From: an uncultured Pseudobdellovibrionaceae bacterium
Lineage (GTDB): Bacteria > Bdellovibrionota > Bdellovibrionia > Bdellovibrionales > UBA1609
Assembly (NCBI GenBank): GCA_963803705.1
Contig: CAWDNU010000004.1
Location: 256,001-320,000, forward strand
DNA: 64,000 nt
Direction of reading: 5' to 3'
In this document: positions 60,851 to 64,000 of the stretch, in pieces
Position numbering within the stretch: the stretch's first letter is position 1
Layout of the letters: each line of letters starts with the position of its first letter
The notes under the pieces: generated by a model
The model's input: the letters and a program-made list of their open reading frames with translations, nothing else
Databases searched by the model: none
What the model was told of the DNA's origin: nothing
Made by a program: the position numbers and the translations under genes

Positions 60851-61873
60851 CTACTGAAAGTCACTTGAATTTAAGTGTGAAAGACCAAGTTCAGTAATCT
60901 CACGCCCCCTTGGCGTCTTTCTGATCAATCCTTCCTTTAATAAGAACGGTTCATAGACGTCTTCAAGAGTGTCTTTTTCCTCACTAAGTGCTGCGGACAT
61001 GGAATCAATTCCTGCTGGTCCACCACCAAACTTTGTCTTAAGAACCCACAGGTAAGCTCGGTCCATCCGTTCTAACCCCATCTCGTCCACCTCTAGATGC
61101 TTCAAAGCGAAATCTGCAAGCTTTTTATCAACAACCTTCTGGCCTTTTACTTCTGCGTAGTCTCTGATTCTTCTTAAAAAACGATTGGCCACTCGTGGTG
61201 TACCTCGACTGCGCTTGGCGACTTCCATCCTGCTTTCTGCATCAAGTTCAATATCTAAGAGTCCAGTTGATCTTTCGATAATGCGAACTAGGGCTTCAGG
61301 CGTGTAAAACTGCAAACGCTCTTGGATTCCGAAGCGGTCACGAAAAGGAGCTTTAAGCAGACCAGATCTTGTAGTAGCTCCAATTAGCGTAAATGGAGAA
61401 ATTTGAAACCTCATAGACTGAGCCCCTAAACCTTCGCCGGTTATAAGATCAATAAAAAAATCTTCCATCGCAGAGTACAAATACTCTTCAATATCGCTAT
61501 GAAGTCTGTGTATTTCGTCGATAAAAAGAACTGAATTTGGTTCAAGGCTAGTGAGTAAGGCGGCAACGTCGCCTTTTCTACTGATTGCAGGCGCAGAGGT
61601 AGCTTTGAAAGGCACTTCCATTTCGTTAGCTAATATTTGTGCCAAAGTAGTCTTGCCTAGCCCAGGTGGTCCACTCAGAAGGACGTGATCCAAGCTAGAT
61701 TCCCGGCTACGAGCAGCTTGAACAGAAATTTTTAATTTTTCTAAAGTAGCCTCTTGTCCTGGAAAATCGTCAAATCTTTTAGGCCTTAAAGCGCGGTCTG
61801 CATTTTGGTCTTTAACTTCATCAAAATTACCGTCAGTCCATGTTTCTATTTTTGGGTCCATTTTAAATTCCAA
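60851..61873 (-). CDS. ruvB: Holliday junction branch migration helicase RuvB
   Basis: LRPK, GPPGLGKTT, DEIHR, RGTPR, TPRGR. Confidence 0.98.
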   Translation of the reverse strand: MEFKMDPKIETWTDGNFDEVKDQNADRALRPKRFDDFPGQEATLEKLKISVQAARSRESSLDHVLLSGPPGLGKTTLAQILANEMEVPFKATSAPAISRKGDVAALLTSLEPNSVLFIDEIHRLHSDIEEYLYSAMEDFFIDLITGEGLGAQSMRFQISPFTLIGATTRSGLLKAPFRDRFGIQERLQFYTPEALVRIIERSTGLLDIELDAESRMEVAKRSRGTPRVANRFLRRIRDYAEVKGQKVVDKKLADFALKHLEVDEMGLERMDRAYLWVLKTKFGGGPAGIDSMSAALSEEKDTLEDVYEPFLLKEGLIRKTPRGREITELGLSHLNSSDFQ

Positions 61874-61941
61874 TTTTATTTGAGTCTTAGCTCACAGATT
61901 AATATTTTAAGCTCATTTAGTATTAAAGTTATGATTGGAAC

Positions 61942-62523
61942 TTAAATTTGGCTTAACAAATTTAAGCTTTTTTTAAAGTTAAGTTCGAAGCTATCAGCAG
62001 CGTTGATTTCAAGCATTATACTCTGCACGTCTGCCAAGGGAAAACCTAGATTGATAAGTGAGGCTTTTAACTTTTTTATCTCTGGCAGCAAAATATCTTC
62101 GTTGAAAGCCGCCACCTTTTTTTCACTCCAATCAATCTCACCCAATTTCAATAAAATCTGCTCGGCGGTCTTTTTGCCTATTTTGGGTAACTTGCTCAGT
62201 GACTTCAAATCTTTTTCTAAAACCATCTGTTGAAATTGTTGCGCTGTTGCGGCGGATAAAATCCCCAAAGCCACTTTTGGTCCTACGCCATTTACTTTTA
62301 ACAAAGACTGAAAAAGAGTATCTTGATTTTTGGACTCAAAACCAAAAAGCGTGATCTGATCTTCGCGAACGTGGGTGTAAACCCTAAGTCTTAAGCTTTG
62401 GCCCATCTGTGTTGTGGCCAGTACACCGACTGGAACAAGAACCTGGTAACCCACTCCTTGCACATCCAAATGGACCACCCCATCTTCTTTATCAAAAACT
62501 TTTCCCTGCAGCATTGAAATCAT
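61942..62523 (-). CDS. ruvA: Holliday junction branch migration protein RuvA
   Basis: GVGY, HVRED, VNGVGPK, IGKKTAEQI. Confidence 0.96.
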   Translation of the reverse strand: MISMLQGKVFDKEDGVVHLDVQGVGYQVLVPVGVLATTQMGQSLRLRVYTHVREDQITLFGFESKNQDTLFQSLLKVNGVGPKVALGILSAATAQQFQQMVLEKDLKSLSKLPKIGKKTAEQILLKLGEIDWSEKKVAAFNEDILLPEIKKLKASLINLGFPLADVQSIMLEINAADSFELNFKKSLNLLSQI

Positions 62524-63053
62524 AATTTATATCCCACGGTGCTAATCTTAGTCTGGTTAAGAATTTTTATTTCAGTAGAATAGACCCTTGCATGTAAATA
62601 AGCCAAACCCAGAGCATCTGCAGCATCAAATTGTAAATCTTGTCTCAAGCTTAGTAGATTTTTGACAGCTTGCGCTACAATGGGTTTAGCCGCGTGGCCT
62701 GACCCGGTGATAGCTTTTTTCATCTTTGTAGGTGCATATTCAAAAATTTTTACATTTTGCAAAGCCAAACACGAAATTGCAACCCCTCTTGCTAAGCCCA
62801 GTCGAAAAACACTTTGAGGGTTTTTACCCAAAAAAATTTTTTCTACAGATGCCATCTGTGGCTTGTATTCCTGCAATATTTGATCGATTTCTGACCTTAA
62901 AAAAGCGAGTCTCTGATTAGGGCCCAATTTCGAATTTGAAAGTACGCCATGGTCAACATAGCTAACCCTATTCCCCGTCACTTCCAAGACACCGTACCCT
63001 AAGTTCATGGAGCCAGGATCAATACCTAAAATGCGAACTACAGATGACGACAT
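62520..63053 (-). CDS. ruvC: Crossover junction endodeoxyribonuclease RuvC
   Basis: ILGIDPG, KKAITGSGHAAK, DAADAL. Confidence 0.96.
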   Translation of the reverse strand: MSSSVVRILGIDPGSMNLGYGVLEVTGNRVSYVDHGVLSNSKLGPNQRLAFLRSEIDQILQEYKPQMASVEKIFLGKNPQSVFRLGLARGVAISCLALQNVKIFEYAPTKMKKAITGSGHAAKPIVAQAVKNLLSLRQDLQFDAADALGLAYLHARVYSTEIKILNQTKISTVGYKL

Positions 63054-63198
63054 CTTTAAATTTTAAACCTGTAAACGCCTTATGTACAAACTAAAAGCTA
63101 TTGAAAATTAAAATTAGATTTAGTAATAATTTTGGCAGAAAATTGATCGTTGCTCTTACTGTTTTCAAATGCCAGTATAGAAATGGAGACAGGAATAT

Positions 63199-63996
63199 AT
63201 GGAAGTTATGCAAGAGCCCTCGGATACATCTAAAAAGATTCTGAATACGATAGATAAATATCAAGCTGTTTACCGTAACGATCCGGAATCAAAAATTTTT
63301 GCGCCTCTTGCTGAAGCCCACCGTAAAGCCGGAAACCTAGAGCATGCCTTCGAAATTGCGAAAAAAGGAACCGAAGATCATCCAGAATTTGCTAGTGGCT
63401 TAGTCACTTTTTCTAGAATTTTGATTGATATGAACGAAAGAGATAAAGCAATCGTACATTTAAAGATGGCGACAGAAATGTCACCTGATAATTTTTTAGC
63501 TCATAAACTTCTTGGGGAAACTTATATAAATTTAAAGCTGCCAGTTAAGGCTTTGCAGGTTTTTAAAATGGCTCTTTATTTAGATCCTATGGATGAGTTT
63601 GCAAAAAAAATGGTCAAAAAATTAGAAAGTTTGAGCGCGTCCGAATTTGAAGACGAGTCATTATTTAATCTGTCTGAGCCAAGCCTGAATCCTTCTAATT
63701 TTAAAAAACCTTCACAGTATTCTCCTTTGAAAACTTCTAGTCACGAACTAGATCGTTACATTTCTTTGGTTGACGCTTACATTTCTAGAAATGATTATTT
63801 GAAAGCCTCGAACACAGTTATAGAGGCTCTTGACAAGTTTGATAAAAACCCAGAACTTCAACGGCGAAAGATTTTCTTATCGCAAAGATTTGAGGACTCT
63901 AGTCAAAAGTTAAGTGAAATTGATACAGATGCCAATCGGCATTTAGAAATATTAAATCTGTTATTAACGCGGGTGGAAAATCGCAGACTTTACTAA
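63199..63996 (+). CDS. TPR-repeat protein
   Basis: FAPLAEAHRKAG and repeated TPR helices. Confidence 0.75.
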   Translation: MEVMQEPSDTSKKILNTIDKYQAVYRNDPESKIFAPLAEAHRKAGNLEHAFEIAKKGTEDHPEFASGLVTFSRILIDMNERDKAIVHLKMATEMSPDNFLAHKLLGETYINLKLPVKALQVFKMALYLDPMDEFAKKMVKKLESLSASEFEDESLFNLSEPSLNPSNFKKPSQYSPLKTSSHELDRYISLVDAYISRNDYLKASNTVIEALDKFDKNPELQRRKIFLSQRFEDSSQKLSEIDTDANRHLEILNLLLTRVENRRLY

Positions 63997-64000
63997 GCTC

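Overview
Low-GC chromosomal window, most likely from a Bdellovibrionota predator (inferred from gene content, many small signal-peptide ORFs and FliA-type promoters). The left core block holds mutL, two outer-membrane beta-barrel genes, an SDR, dut, an M16 peptidase, pnp-rpsO, truB-rbfA-infB-nusA-rimP, rimI and an FAD oxidoreductase. The right core block holds purT, ybjQ-ybjQ-M48, an S8-PilZ protease, ppiD, mreCD-mrdA-rodA, trxA, dprA, lptF, a LysM gene, a split comEC, ald, lpxC and ruvBAC. Between them an accessory region (about 22.3-41.6 kb) starts at tRNA-Leu(CAA). It contains a 4.2-kb element bounded by a 58-bp att repeat (tyrosine integrase with two in-frame stops, RusA-like gene, small ORFs), a DUF4258/HTH toxin-antitoxin pair, a metallo-beta-lactamase cut by an IS66 relic, a hybrid kinase, many secreted orphans and an orphan phage prohead protease with a signal peptide. 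Several essential genes (mutL, infB, nusA, mrdA) are frameshifted, probably by assembly indels. Most interesting: (1) the apparently exported, capsid-less HK97-type prohead protease; (2) two ~160-bp palindromic elements with a shared core but different arms; (3) sigma54/sigma28-like promoters positioned for leaderless translation of secreted proteins; (4) a subtilisin-TM-PilZ protein. All protein calls come from motif recognition by eye; no searches were run.
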